From Steroidobacteraceae bacterium (GTDB lineage Bacteria; Pseudomonadota; Gammaproteobacteria; Steroidobacterales; Steroidobacteraceae), in the NCBI GenBank assembly GCA_019187185.1, contig JABAQU010000015.1:105665-169664 (forward strand): a DNA stretch of 64,000 nt, in the 5' to 3' direction. Every line of letters begins with the position of its first letter. The first letter of the stretch is position 1. The notes below the pieces were generated by a model, which worked only from the letters and a program-made list of their open reading frames with translations, made no database searches and was not told where the DNA came from. Positions 17,333 to 25,291 of this stretch are shown piece after piece. A program made the position numbers and the translations under genes.

Positions 17333-17759
17333 CGGAGAAACGCCAGTGGTCGAATCCTCCCAACCGTGTGTACCGGGCCTGTTCGCCGCCGACGGTGGCG
17401 CGCGGGTCCTCGGGTCGCGCTGCACTGCCTGCGGCACACCGTATTTCCCGAAGGCGGCGAGTTGTCACAACCCGAAATGCCCGGGCTCGAAGATGGAGCC
17501 CTGCGAATTCGGCGGCCGGGGCAAGGTGTGGAGCTATTCGGTCGCGGATTTCCCGCCGCCGCCGCCCCACAAGCACGACAAGCCGTTCAAGCCGTATGCG
17601 ATCGCCGTGGTCGATCTCGACAGCGGCCTGCGGCTCGTCGGGCAGATGGTCGATCCGCCGTCGGCCATGAGCGTCGGCGCGGCGGTCGAACTGGTCGTCG
17701 ACACGCTCTACCACGAGGAAGGCAAGGCCTTCACGACGTGGAAATTCAAGCTGGCCTGA
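17322..17759 (+). CDS. DUF35 OB-fold / zinc-ribbon protein (thiolase partner)
   Basis: Zinc-ribbon Cys pairs CTACGTPYFP...CHNPKC, followed by the OB fold (KVWSYSV...YAIAVVDLDSGLRLVG). An alternative GTG at 17346 has GGAG 8 nt upstream and would give 137 aa. Confidence 0.85.
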   Translation: MVADGETPVVESSQPCVPGLFAADGGARVLGSRCTACGTPYFPKAASCHNPKCPGSKMEPCEFGGRGKVWSYSVADFPPPPPHKHDKPFKPYAIAVVDLDSGLRLVGQMVDPPSAMSVGAAVELVVDTLYHEEGKAFTTWKFKLA

Positions 17760-17779
17760 GCCGCGGGGAGTAAGCAGTC

Positions 17780-18973
17780 ATGCAGGATGTCGCAGTACTG
17801 GGCGTGGGACTCCACCGTTTCGGCAAGACCGGCGACGATGTCGTCGGCAACAAGTCCGTGACGGAACTGTGCCGGCACGCGGTGGACAAGGCGCTCGAGG
17901 ACGCCGGCGTGTCCTGGCGTCAGATCGAGGCTGTTGCCGCCGCGAGCTCGCGCTTCTCGGGCGGCAAGGGCTGGGGACTGAACGGCAACGACGTCGTCGA
18001 GGACATCGGGTCGACGGGCATCCCGGTCTTCAACATGTCCGCGGGCTGCGCCGCCGGCGGGAACGCATTCAATGTCGGCTATTCGCTGGTGGCGGGCGGG
18101 ATGTACGACCTCGTGCTCGTCGTCGGGGGCGAGGTGATGCCGAAGGGCATGATCCAGACCTCGGGCGTCGAGGAAGCCACGGACCCGGAATTCCTGCGCC
18201 AGCGCTGCATCGGCTTTCCCGGGCCGTCATTCTGGGCAACGCTCGCGCGCCGCCGCATGCACGATTACGGCACCACCGAGGAGCAGTTCGCGAGCGTCAC
18301 GGTGAAGGCCCGCAAGTGCTCCGTCGGCAATCCGTATGCACGCTTCCAGAAGGAGATCACGCTCGCCGACGTGCTGGCGTCCCCCTACGTCAGCAATCCG
18401 TTGCGCCTGTTCGAGATCTGTCCGGTGTCGAACGGTGCGGCTGCGGCGGTCATCTGCTCCAAGCGCAAGGCCCGCGAGTTCACGAAGAAGCCCGTCTGGG
18501 TCGCTTCGAGCGCCGTGGCGACGTTGACCTTCGAGGATTCGCTGCCGCGCGGCCTCGCGGGCCCGGTCCCGAGCGGCCCGAGTTTTCACACGGAGGTGAA
18601 GGGTGCAGTCACGCGTGCGTTCGAGCGGGCCGGCATCGGTCCGAAGGACGTGAGCTTCACGGAGCTGCAGGACAACACCTGCTACTACGAGCTCGCATTT
18701 CCGGAGGAATGGGGGCTCTGCGAACCCGGGGAGTCCGAGCGGCTGGTTGCGGCCGGCGAGACGACCCCGACCGGGCGCATGCCGATCAATCCGTCGGGCG
18801 GCTTCGTGTCGTTCGGTGAAGCGACGACCGCCATGGGCGTGTTCCAGATCGCGGAAGTCACCTGGCAGCTGCGAGGCCAGTCGGGTGCCCGGCAGGTACC
18901 CGGCGCGAAGGTCGGTCTCGCACAGACGAATGGACTGGGCGGCAACGCGACGGCAGCCATCCTGAAACGCTGA
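17780..18973 (+). CDS. SCP-x-type thiolase-like protein (DUF35-associated)
   Basis: 397 aa. The nucleophile-position Cys is present (FNMSAGCAAGGNAF, compare INVNNNCATGSTAL of SCP2 thiolases). C-terminal INPSGGFVSFGEATTAMG. Confidence 0.85.
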   Translation: MQDVAVLGVGLHRFGKTGDDVVGNKSVTELCRHAVDKALEDAGVSWRQIEAVAAASSRFSGGKGWGLNGNDVVEDIGSTGIPVFNMSAGCAAGGNAFNVGYSLVAGGMYDLVLVVGGEVMPKGMIQTSGVEEATDPEFLRQRCIGFPGPSFWATLARRRMHDYGTTEEQFASVTVKARKCSVGNPYARFQKEITLADVLASPYVSNPLRLFEICPVSNGAAAAVICSKRKAREFTKKPVWVASSAVATLTFEDSLPRGLAGPVPSGPSFHTEVKGAVTRAFERAGIGPKDVSFTELQDNTCYYELAFPEEWGLCEPGESERLVAAGETTPTGRMPINPSGGFVSFGEATTAMGVFQIAEVTWQLRGQSGARQVPGAKVGLAQTNGLGGNATAAILKR

Positions 18974-19023
18974 TCGCCCCACGCGCCGGGAACGGCGCGG
19001 CGGCGCTCGCTGGGGCAACGATC

Positions 19024-20967
19024 GTGTACGACATCGGCGCGGTGAACTACGGCCTCCTCGCGATCCTGCTGTGCGGCGCAGGCGCCGCGCTCGTGCTCGG
19101 CCTGCGCGACATCTGGCGGCGCGCCTCGGCCGAAGGCTCGCCGTTCGCCGGTGCCACGGCGCTCGGCGACATCGTCGGGCGCATCAACTGGCGCTCGTTC
19201 CTGACGCGCGGCGTGCTGCTTTCGCGCCTCTACAAGCGGCCGGCATCGGGCATCGCGCACGCGCTGCTCTTCTACGGCGCGCTGCTCGAGATCTTCGGGC
19301 ATGGCGTCTACGCGCTGAGTTTCGTCGGCGTTCCCGTCTATTCGGGCCGGTTCGGCTACCTCGTCATGGAACTCGGGCGTGACGTGGGCGGGCTCGCGAT
19401 GCTGCTCGGTGTCGTGTTCTTCCTGCTGCGGCGCTCGAAGCCGCCGGAGCGGCTGACCGTCGGCAAGGCCCGCCGTGGCTTCGTCGTCATGGAAACGCTC
19501 CTCCTCCTCGTCATCGTCGCGGGCTTCGTCGCCGAGTCGGTCCGCCTCGCGCAACCGGGGATCACGAGTGCCGGGGAATTTGTCGGCCTCGCGGCGGCCC
19601 GATGGGTGGGGCAGATCGGCGCGGTGATGCACGAGCACAGCTATCTTGTGCTGTGGTGGTTCCACGGACTGCTCGGTCTCGCGTTCATCGTGCTGATCAC
19701 CCGCACGCCGATGTCACACATGCTGCTCGGCCCGATCAACACGGCGCTCGCCAAGAGGCGCCCGGGCGTGACGATACCGGCGATCGATTTCGACGCCGAG
19801 GAGCCGGTCCTCGGTGTCGAGAAGCTCGCCGACCTGCCGTTCAAGAACCGCTTCGACTTCGAGGCGTGCCTGTGGTGCGGCCGTTGCCACGAGGTGTGCC
19901 CGGCCGCGCAGACCGGCAAACCGCTCTCGCCGAAAAAGATCATGCTGACCTGCGCCGAGTACCAGGCGCAGGGGCGGACCGACGACGCGTCGCTGATCGA
20001 TACGCTCGGCGTCGATGCGCTCTTCAGTTGCACGAGTTGCGGGGCCTGCGTGGAGGAGTGCCCCGTGACCAACGACCCGGCCGAGGTGATCCTGCACTTC
20101 AGGCGCCAGCTCGTCATGGGCCGCTCCGAGATGCCGGACGTCATGGCGAGTGCGAACCGCAACCTCGAATCGCGCTGCCACCCGTTCGTCGGCACCGCGG
20201 CCAACCGCGACGACTGGCATCGCGGCCTCGAGGTGCCGCGCTTTGTCCCGGGGCAGACCGAGTACCTGCTCTGGATCGGGTGCTCCGTCGCCTACGAAGA
20301 GCGTGCGCAGAAGATCGCGCGTGCGATGGTGCGGATCCTCGATGCCGCGGGTCTTTCGTGGGGCATCCTCGAGGAGACCCGCTGCACGGGCGATCCGGCC
20401 AAGATGATGGGCAACGAGCTGCTGTTCGTCGAACTGGCGCAGGCCAACATCGAGGAGTTCCAGGAGGCGAAGGTCACGAAGGTGATCACGATGTGCCCGC
20501 ACAGCTTCAACAGCTTCAGCAGGTACTATCCGCAGCTCGGCGCGCAGTGGGAAACGGTCATGCACTCGGTGCTGATCGACCGGCTGATCAAGGGCGGCAA
20601 GCTCGCGGTCAAGCGCGATGCGCTGCAGAAAATCGTGTTCCACGATCCGTGCTATCTCGCGCGGCACAATGGCATCGAAGCCGAGCCCCGGGGTGTCGTC
20701 GCGTCGGTCGGCGAACTCGTCGAGATGCCGCGCAACCGCGAGAACAGCTTCTGCTGCGGTGGCGGCGGGGGCAAGTACTGGTCGCGCGAGACGGGCACGG
20801 CGCGCATCAGCGACGTGCGGATCACGGAGGCCCTCGGCACGGGCGCGAACAAGGTCGCGACCTCCTGTCCGATCTGCCTCCTGATGCTGAGTTCGAGCGC
20901 GGCGAAGCACTCGGAGGAGCCGCGGGTCTTCGACCTCGCGGAACTCGTCTCCGAGGCGCTGCAATAA
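19024..20967 (+). CDS. membrane-bound Fe-S oxidoreductase: NarI/DsrM-like multi-helix N-terminus fused to an HdrD/GlpC-like 2x[4Fe-4S] plus CCG domain
   Basis: 647 aa, GTG start. About 5-6 hydrophobic helices with conserved His (IAHALLFYGALLEIFGHG, WWFHGLLG). Two ferredoxin motifs, CLWCGRCHEVCP and CTSCGACVEECP. Cys-rich CCG-type motifs (CTGDP, CPHSFN, DPCYL, FCCGGGGG, CPICL). Confidence 0.85.
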   Translation: MYDIGAVNYGLLAILLCGAGAALVLGLRDIWRRASAEGSPFAGATALGDIVGRINWRSFLTRGVLLSRLYKRPASGIAHALLFYGALLEIFGHGVYALSFVGVPVYSGRFGYLVMELGRDVGGLAMLLGVVFFLLRRSKPPERLTVGKARRGFVVMETLLLLVIVAGFVAESVRLAQPGITSAGEFVGLAAARWVGQIGAVMHEHSYLVLWWFHGLLGLAFIVLITRTPMSHMLLGPINTALAKRRPGVTIPAIDFDAEEPVLGVEKLADLPFKNRFDFEACLWCGRCHEVCPAAQTGKPLSPKKIMLTCAEYQAQGRTDDASLIDTLGVDALFSCTSCGACVEECPVTNDPAEVILHFRRQLVMGRSEMPDVMASANRNLESRCHPFVGTAANRDDWHRGLEVPRFVPGQTEYLLWIGCSVAYEERAQKIARAMVRILDAAGLSWGILEETRCTGDPAKMMGNELLFVELAQANIEEFQEAKVTKVITMCPHSFNSFSRYYPQLGAQWETVMHSVLIDRLIKGGKLAVKRDALQKIVFHDPCYLARHNGIEAEPRGVVASVGELVEMPRNRENSFCCGGGGGKYWSRETGTARISDVRITEALGTGANKVATSCPICLLMLSSSAAKHSEEPRVFDLAELVSEALQ

Positions 20968-20983
20968 ACGACAGAGTGAGGCC

Positions 20984-21763
20984 ATGGCACTGAATCTTCC
21001 CGAGACGTTCACTTACGAGAAGCGCGGCCGCATTGCGGTGATGACGCTGAACCGGCCGCAGGCGGCCAATGCGATGACCCGCGAAATGATCGTGGGCATG
21101 GACGCGGCGTTCGACGATTTCAACGCCGACCCCGCGCTGCACGTCGCGATCCTCACCGGCGCGGGCAATCGATCGTTCTGCACGGGGATGGACATGAAGT
21201 CTGCGCTCCCCGCGATCGCGGCCGGCGACTCGATGGGCTACGAGGACCCGGTGAAGCGGCCGTTCCAGACGATCTACAAGCCGATCATCGCGGCGGTGAA
21301 CGGCATGTGCATGGCCGGCGGCATGGAGTTCATGCTGGGCACCGATATCCGCCTCGCCGCGGAGAACGCGACCTTCGGCCTGAGCGAAGTGCGCTGGGCG
21401 GTGATCCCGGTCGGTGGCAGCCACATCCGCCTGCCGCAGCAGATCCCGTGGGCCGTCGCGATGGAGATGCTGCTGACGGGCGCCAGCATCGACGCGCAGC
21501 GGGCCTACGAGGTGGGGCTCGTGAACCGCATCGTGCCGGCCGAGCGGCTGCTCGACGAGGCGCTGGCGCTGGCGGAGAAGATCTGCGACAACGGTCCGCT
21601 CGCGGTGCGCACGGCGAAGGAGATCGCGGTGCGGGCGCTCAACAACGAACCGAATTTCGTCCTCGAGAAGGCGATCGGCGCGCGGGTGTTCTCGTCCGCG
21701 GACGCGCGTGAAGGACCGAAGGCCTTCGCCGAAAAGCGCAAGCCCGACTACAAGGGGCGCTGA
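20984..21763 (+). CDS. enoyl-CoA hydratase/isomerase (crotonase)
   Basis: 259 aa. AVMTLNRPQAANAM, FCTGMDM, IIAAVNGMCMAGGMEF, EGPKAFAEKRKPDYKG. Confidence 0.9.
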   Translation: MALNLPETFTYEKRGRIAVMTLNRPQAANAMTREMIVGMDAAFDDFNADPALHVAILTGAGNRSFCTGMDMKSALPAIAAGDSMGYEDPVKRPFQTIYKPIIAAVNGMCMAGGMEFMLGTDIRLAAENATFGLSEVRWAVIPVGGSHIRLPQQIPWAVAMEMLLTGASIDAQRAYEVGLVNRIVPAERLLDEALALAEKICDNGPLAVRTAKEIAVRALNNEPNFVLEKAIGARVFSSADAREGPKAFAEKRKPDYKGR

Positions 21764-21813
21764 GGGCCCGATAGTCCGATTGGACGTCGCCTCGCAGGGG
21801 GGCGGGCAGTACG

Positions 21814-21852
21814 TTGCGGGCATATTCGACGGCGGCGCGGCATTGCCCGCAA
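21814..21852 (+). promoter_or_regulatory. 9-bp stem (TTGCGGGCA / TGCCCGCAA) with 21-nt loop in the 131-nt gap before the acyl-CoA dehydrogenase gene
   Basis: Read directly from the sequence. This is the largest intergenic gap inside the long + strand gene array. Confidence 0.3.
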
Positions 21853-21894
21853 TACACGCCGCACGGCGGCTCGGCCACGTTCCGGAGTCAATGC

Positions 21895-23076
21895 ATGGAC
21901 TTTGAATTCAGCGACAAAGAGCGCGCCTTCCTGCGCGAAGTGGACGAGTTCCTGACGGCCAACCACGACCCGAAGGTCATGGACGTCACGCGCGAGAACA
22001 TGGCGCAGGTGTGCGATACGCCGGAGAGGCGTGCCTTCATGGGCAAGCTCGCGAAGAAGGGCTGGCTCGGCATCACCTGGCCCCGCGAGGTCGGCGGCCA
22101 GGACGGCGAGGGCTTCTACGAGTACCTGCTGAACGAGAAGCTGTCGTCGGTCGGCGCGCCGCAGATCGGCAAGGGCATCGGCATCATCGGCAAGACGCTG
22201 ATCCGCGTCGGCTCCGAGAAACTCAAGAAGGAGTTCCTGCCGCAGATCCTCGCGGCGAAGATCGAGTTCGCGGTCGGCTACTCCGAGCCGAGCGCCGGCT
22301 CCGACGCCGCGGCGATGCGCCTGAAGGCCGAGCGCAAGGGTGATGGCTGGGTGCTGAACGGCCAGAAGATCTTCACGACTTCGGCCCACTTCGCCGACTG
22401 GTACTGGGTCGGTGCGCGCACGAATCCCGAGGCACCGAAGCACCATGGCATCTCGCTGTTCCTCGTGCGCATGGATGACCCGGGCCTCACGATCCAGCCC
22501 ATGTACACGATGGGCAACGAACGCACCAACGCCGTCTTTTTCGACAATGTGTTCGTGCACGACGACTACCGGGTCGGCGAACTCGGCAAGGGCTTCCAGT
22601 ACATCGCCGAGGCGCTCGACATCGAGCGCTTCACGATGTTCACGTTCTCGCCGATACGCGGGCGCGTCGAGCTGCTGTGCAATTTCGTGCGCGACACCGT
22701 GCGCGACGGCAAGCGCCTCCGGGACGATCCGGTCATTCGCCAGCGCATCGCGCAGCTCGTGACCGAGTGCGAGGTGGCGCGCCTCCTCGGCGTGCGCTTC
22801 GTCGATGCGGCGCTGTATTCGACCAAGACACCGACGATCGAGGCCTCCGAGTACAAGCTCTATGCGACGGAGCTGTCGCGGCGCGTGGCCGACGCGACCA
22901 TGGATATCGTGGGCCCGGGGGCGCAGCTCGCGCTCGGTACCGAGGACGCGCCGCTCAAGGGACGCCCGGAAAGCTGCTACACCTACACGGTGATCGACAC
23001 GATCGGCGGCGGGTCTTCCGAGGTCCAGAAGAACATCATCGCCAAGCGCAAGTTCGACCTGCCGAAGAACTTCTGA
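21895..23076 (+). CDS. acyl-CoA dehydrogenase
   Basis: 393 aa from ATG 21895 (MDFEFSDKERAFLREV). FAVGYSEPSAGSDAAAM, GWVLNGQKIFTT, C-terminal IGGGSSEVQKNIIA. Confidence 0.9.
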   Translation: MDFEFSDKERAFLREVDEFLTANHDPKVMDVTRENMAQVCDTPERRAFMGKLAKKGWLGITWPREVGGQDGEGFYEYLLNEKLSSVGAPQIGKGIGIIGKTLIRVGSEKLKKEFLPQILAAKIEFAVGYSEPSAGSDAAAMRLKAERKGDGWVLNGQKIFTTSAHFADWYWVGARTNPEAPKHHGISLFLVRMDDPGLTIQPMYTMGNERTNAVFFDNVFVHDDYRVGELGKGFQYIAEALDIERFTMFTFSPIRGRVELLCNFVRDTVRDGKRLRDDPVIRQRIAQLVTECEVARLLGVRFVDAALYSTKTPTIEASEYKLYATELSRRVADATMDIVGPGAQLALGTEDAPLKGRPESCYTYTVIDTIGGGSSEVQKNIIAKRKFDLPKNF

Positions 23077-23084
23077 CACCCGCC

Positions 23085-24245
23085 ATGTCGCTGCTGCACG
23101 GCCTCACCGCTCTCGATCTCGCCGCCGTCGGCCCGGCCGCACGCGCGTCGCGGATCCTCGCGGACTATGGCATGCGCGTGATCAAGGTGGCGCCGGTGGC
23201 GGGCGCGGGCGTCGAGGCGATCGAGCCGGTGTTCCACGCCTACGGCGGCGGGCGGGGCATGCAGAAGATCCGCGTCAACCTGAAGACGGAGGCCGGCCGC
23301 AACGTGATCGTGCGACTCGCGAGCCGCGCCGATGCGCTGATCGAGAGCTATCGGCCGGGTGTCGCGAGCCGGCTCGGCATCGGTTACGAGCAGTTGAAGG
23401 CGCACAATCCACGGCTCATCTATTGTTCGACGACCGGCTACGGCCAGGCGGGTCCCTATGCGCAGTGGGCGGGCCACGACATCGATTACCTCGCGGTCGG
23501 CGGCTTCCTCGCGTGCAGCGGCCGCGACGCCGAAGGCCGACCGGCGCTGCCCGGCGCCACGGTGGCCGACAGTGCCGGCGGCGGCATGCATGCGGCGATG
23601 GCGATCATGGCCGCGCTCGTCGGGCGCGCGCAGTCGGGAGTCGGCACGCACCTCGACGTGTCGGTCGTGGACGGGGTACTGAACCTGATGTCGTTGTACC
23701 TCGACCAGTACCTCGCCACCGGCGAGGAGACGCAGCCGGGGTCCGCCCTGCTCACGGGCAAGTTCGCATGCTACGGCGTGTACACGGCGGGCGACGGCAG
23801 GCATCTCGCGGTCGGCGCGATCGAGGGGAAGTTCTTCCGCAATCTCTGCCGGTTGCTCGGAGTCGAGCACTACGCCGATGCGCAGTACGACCCGTCGCGG
23901 CAGGATGAGATCCGGCAGGGGCTGCAGGAACGGTTTCGCACGCGCTCCCGTGACGAATGGACCGCGCTGCTGGCCGACAAGGACACCTGCGTCGCACCGG
24001 TACTGGCGATCTCCGAAGTGGCGGCGAATGCGCATTTGCGTTCGCAGGGCGCGTTCATGACCGCGAACCACCCAAAGCACGGCACGTTCGGGCAACTCGC
24101 GCCCAACCTTGCGGGTGCCGAGCGCGATCAACCGACCTTCAACCTGCCGCCCGCCGGTCAACTCGATACCGATGCGGTGCTCGGCGGCGCCGGCTACTCG
24201 GCCGACGAGATCCGCGAGCTGCGCGGCCAGGGGAGCGTGCAATGA
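23085..24245 (+). CDS. alpha-methylacyl-CoA racemase-like family III CoA-transferase superfamily protein
   Basis: 386 aa from ATG 23085. AGHDIDYLAVGG, VADSAGGG, HLAVGAIEGKFF and DTCVAPVLAISEV line up with the MCR/AMACR motifs AGHDINYISLNG, VGDFGGG, YVAVGAIEPQFY and DACVTPVLAFGEV as I recall them. Confidence 0.8.
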   Translation: MSLLHGLTALDLAAVGPAARASRILADYGMRVIKVAPVAGAGVEAIEPVFHAYGGGRGMQKIRVNLKTEAGRNVIVRLASRADALIESYRPGVASRLGIGYEQLKAHNPRLIYCSTTGYGQAGPYAQWAGHDIDYLAVGGFLACSGRDAEGRPALPGATVADSAGGGMHAAMAIMAALVGRAQSGVGTHLDVSVVDGVLNLMSLYLDQYLATGEETQPGSALLTGKFACYGVYTAGDGRHLAVGAIEGKFFRNLCRLLGVEHYADAQYDPSRQDEIRQGLQERFRTRSRDEWTALLADKDTCVAPVLAISEVAANAHLRSQGAFMTANHPKHGTFGQLAPNLAGAERDQPTFNLPPAGQLDTDAVLGGAGYSADEIRELRGQGSVQ

Positions 24246-24766
24246 CGTCGACCGACCTGCCGCCGGCGGTCCAGGCGCTCATCGGCGTGCCGCAGTACGA
24301 GGAGCGCTCGGAGTTCCCGATCGAGATCGGCTACGTCTACAACACCTGCGCCGCGACCGCCAACGGCAATGCGCTGTTCTGGGACGAGGCCGTCGCGCGC
24401 GAACTCACCGGCGGCCGCATCGCCCCGCCCACCATGCTGTCGGTGTGGATGCGGCCGCACTACTGGGCGCCCGGGGCGCCCGGCGAGCGCAAGGCGCTGA
24501 TGGCGCACTTCGACCTGAAGGAGCTGTGCGGCCTGCCGGAGGCTGTCGTGGTCAGCAACGAGGCGAGCTTCGGTGAACCGGTGCGCATGGGCGACGTGCT
24601 GACCGCGACGCAGATCGTGCGCTCGGTCGGCCCGCTCAAGCAGACAAAGCTCGGTACCGGGCGCTTCTGGGTCATCGACGTGGAGACGCGCAACCAGCGT
24701 GGCGAGTGGGTGGGCACCGAGACCTACAATTTCCTCGGCTACCGGCGCCCGGGAGCGGAGGCATGA
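24242..24766 (+). CDS. MaoC-like hotdog-fold protein, non-catalytic partner subunit (HadA/ChsH-type)
   Basis: 174 aa. ATGA overlap with the upstream stop. Hotdog-fold pattern (GTGRFWVIDVETRNQRGEWVGT) but no hydratase D-x4-H motif. Confidence 0.8.
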   Translation: MTSTDLPPAVQALIGVPQYEERSEFPIEIGYVYNTCAATANGNALFWDEAVARELTGGRIAPPTMLSVWMRPHYWAPGAPGERKALMAHFDLKELCGLPEAVVVSNEASFGEPVRMGDVLTATQIVRSVGPLKQTKLGTGRFWVIDVETRNQRGEWVGTETYNFLGYRRPGAEA

Positions 24767-25245
24767 GCGCCGTGCGCCGATTGCTCGCGAGCGACGTCGC
24801 GCCGGGGCAGGAACTGCCGTCGCTGCGGGTCGCGGTGAGCGCCACGACCATCGTGCTCGGGGCGCTCGCGAGCCGCGACTGGCGACCGATGCACCACGAC
24901 AAGGCTTTCGCGATCGAGCGCAACGGCGTGCAGGACATTTTCATCAACACGCCGAACTTCCAGGCGTGGTTCGAGCGCTACCTCACCGACTGGACGGGCC
25001 CGACCGGACGGCTCGGACGAATGACGTTCAAGATGAAGAGGTCCGTGTTCCCCGGCGATGAAATGGCATTCTCGGGGCGCGTGACCGGCACATCCGGCGA
25101 CGCGACCGGCTGCCGGTGGGTGGACGTGGATTTTGGCGTGTCGGTGGCCGGCATGCTGACGACCGAGGGTCACGCGAAGCTCGCGCTGCCCGCGCACGAC
25201 GGCGACAACCCGTGGGCCCGCCGGGGCCCGGACTGGAAACCCTGA
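24763..25245 (+). CDS. MaoC-like (R)-specific enoyl-CoA hydratase, catalytic subunit
   Basis: 160 aa. ATGA overlap with the partner gene. Hydratase-2-like motif SRDWRPMHHDKAFA, in which the Asp and His are retained. Confidence 0.8.
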   Translation: MSAVRRLLASDVAPGQELPSLRVAVSATTIVLGALASRDWRPMHHDKAFAIERNGVQDIFINTPNFQAWFERYLTDWTGPTGRLGRMTFKMKRSVFPGDEMAFSGRVTGTSGDATGCRWVDVDFGVSVAGMLTTEGHAKLALPAHDGDNPWARRGPDWKP

Positions 25246-25291
25246 GCCGGCGCGCTGCGCCGGTTCGATCGACTGCACTGAGAGCAAGCCC

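Noticed and set aside
15569-17437. 622-aa ORF on the minus strand
   Set aside because: It lies antisense to etfB, the coxG-like gene and etfA, all of which have clear family signatures. Composition is Arg-rich and low-complexity.
18982-18999. 7-bp GC hairpin with GGAA loop between the thiolase gene and the membrane Fe-S oxidoreductase gene
   Set aside because: The stem is short, no U-tract follows, and the flanking genes look co-transcribed. It is probably incidental or at most a minor mRNA structure.
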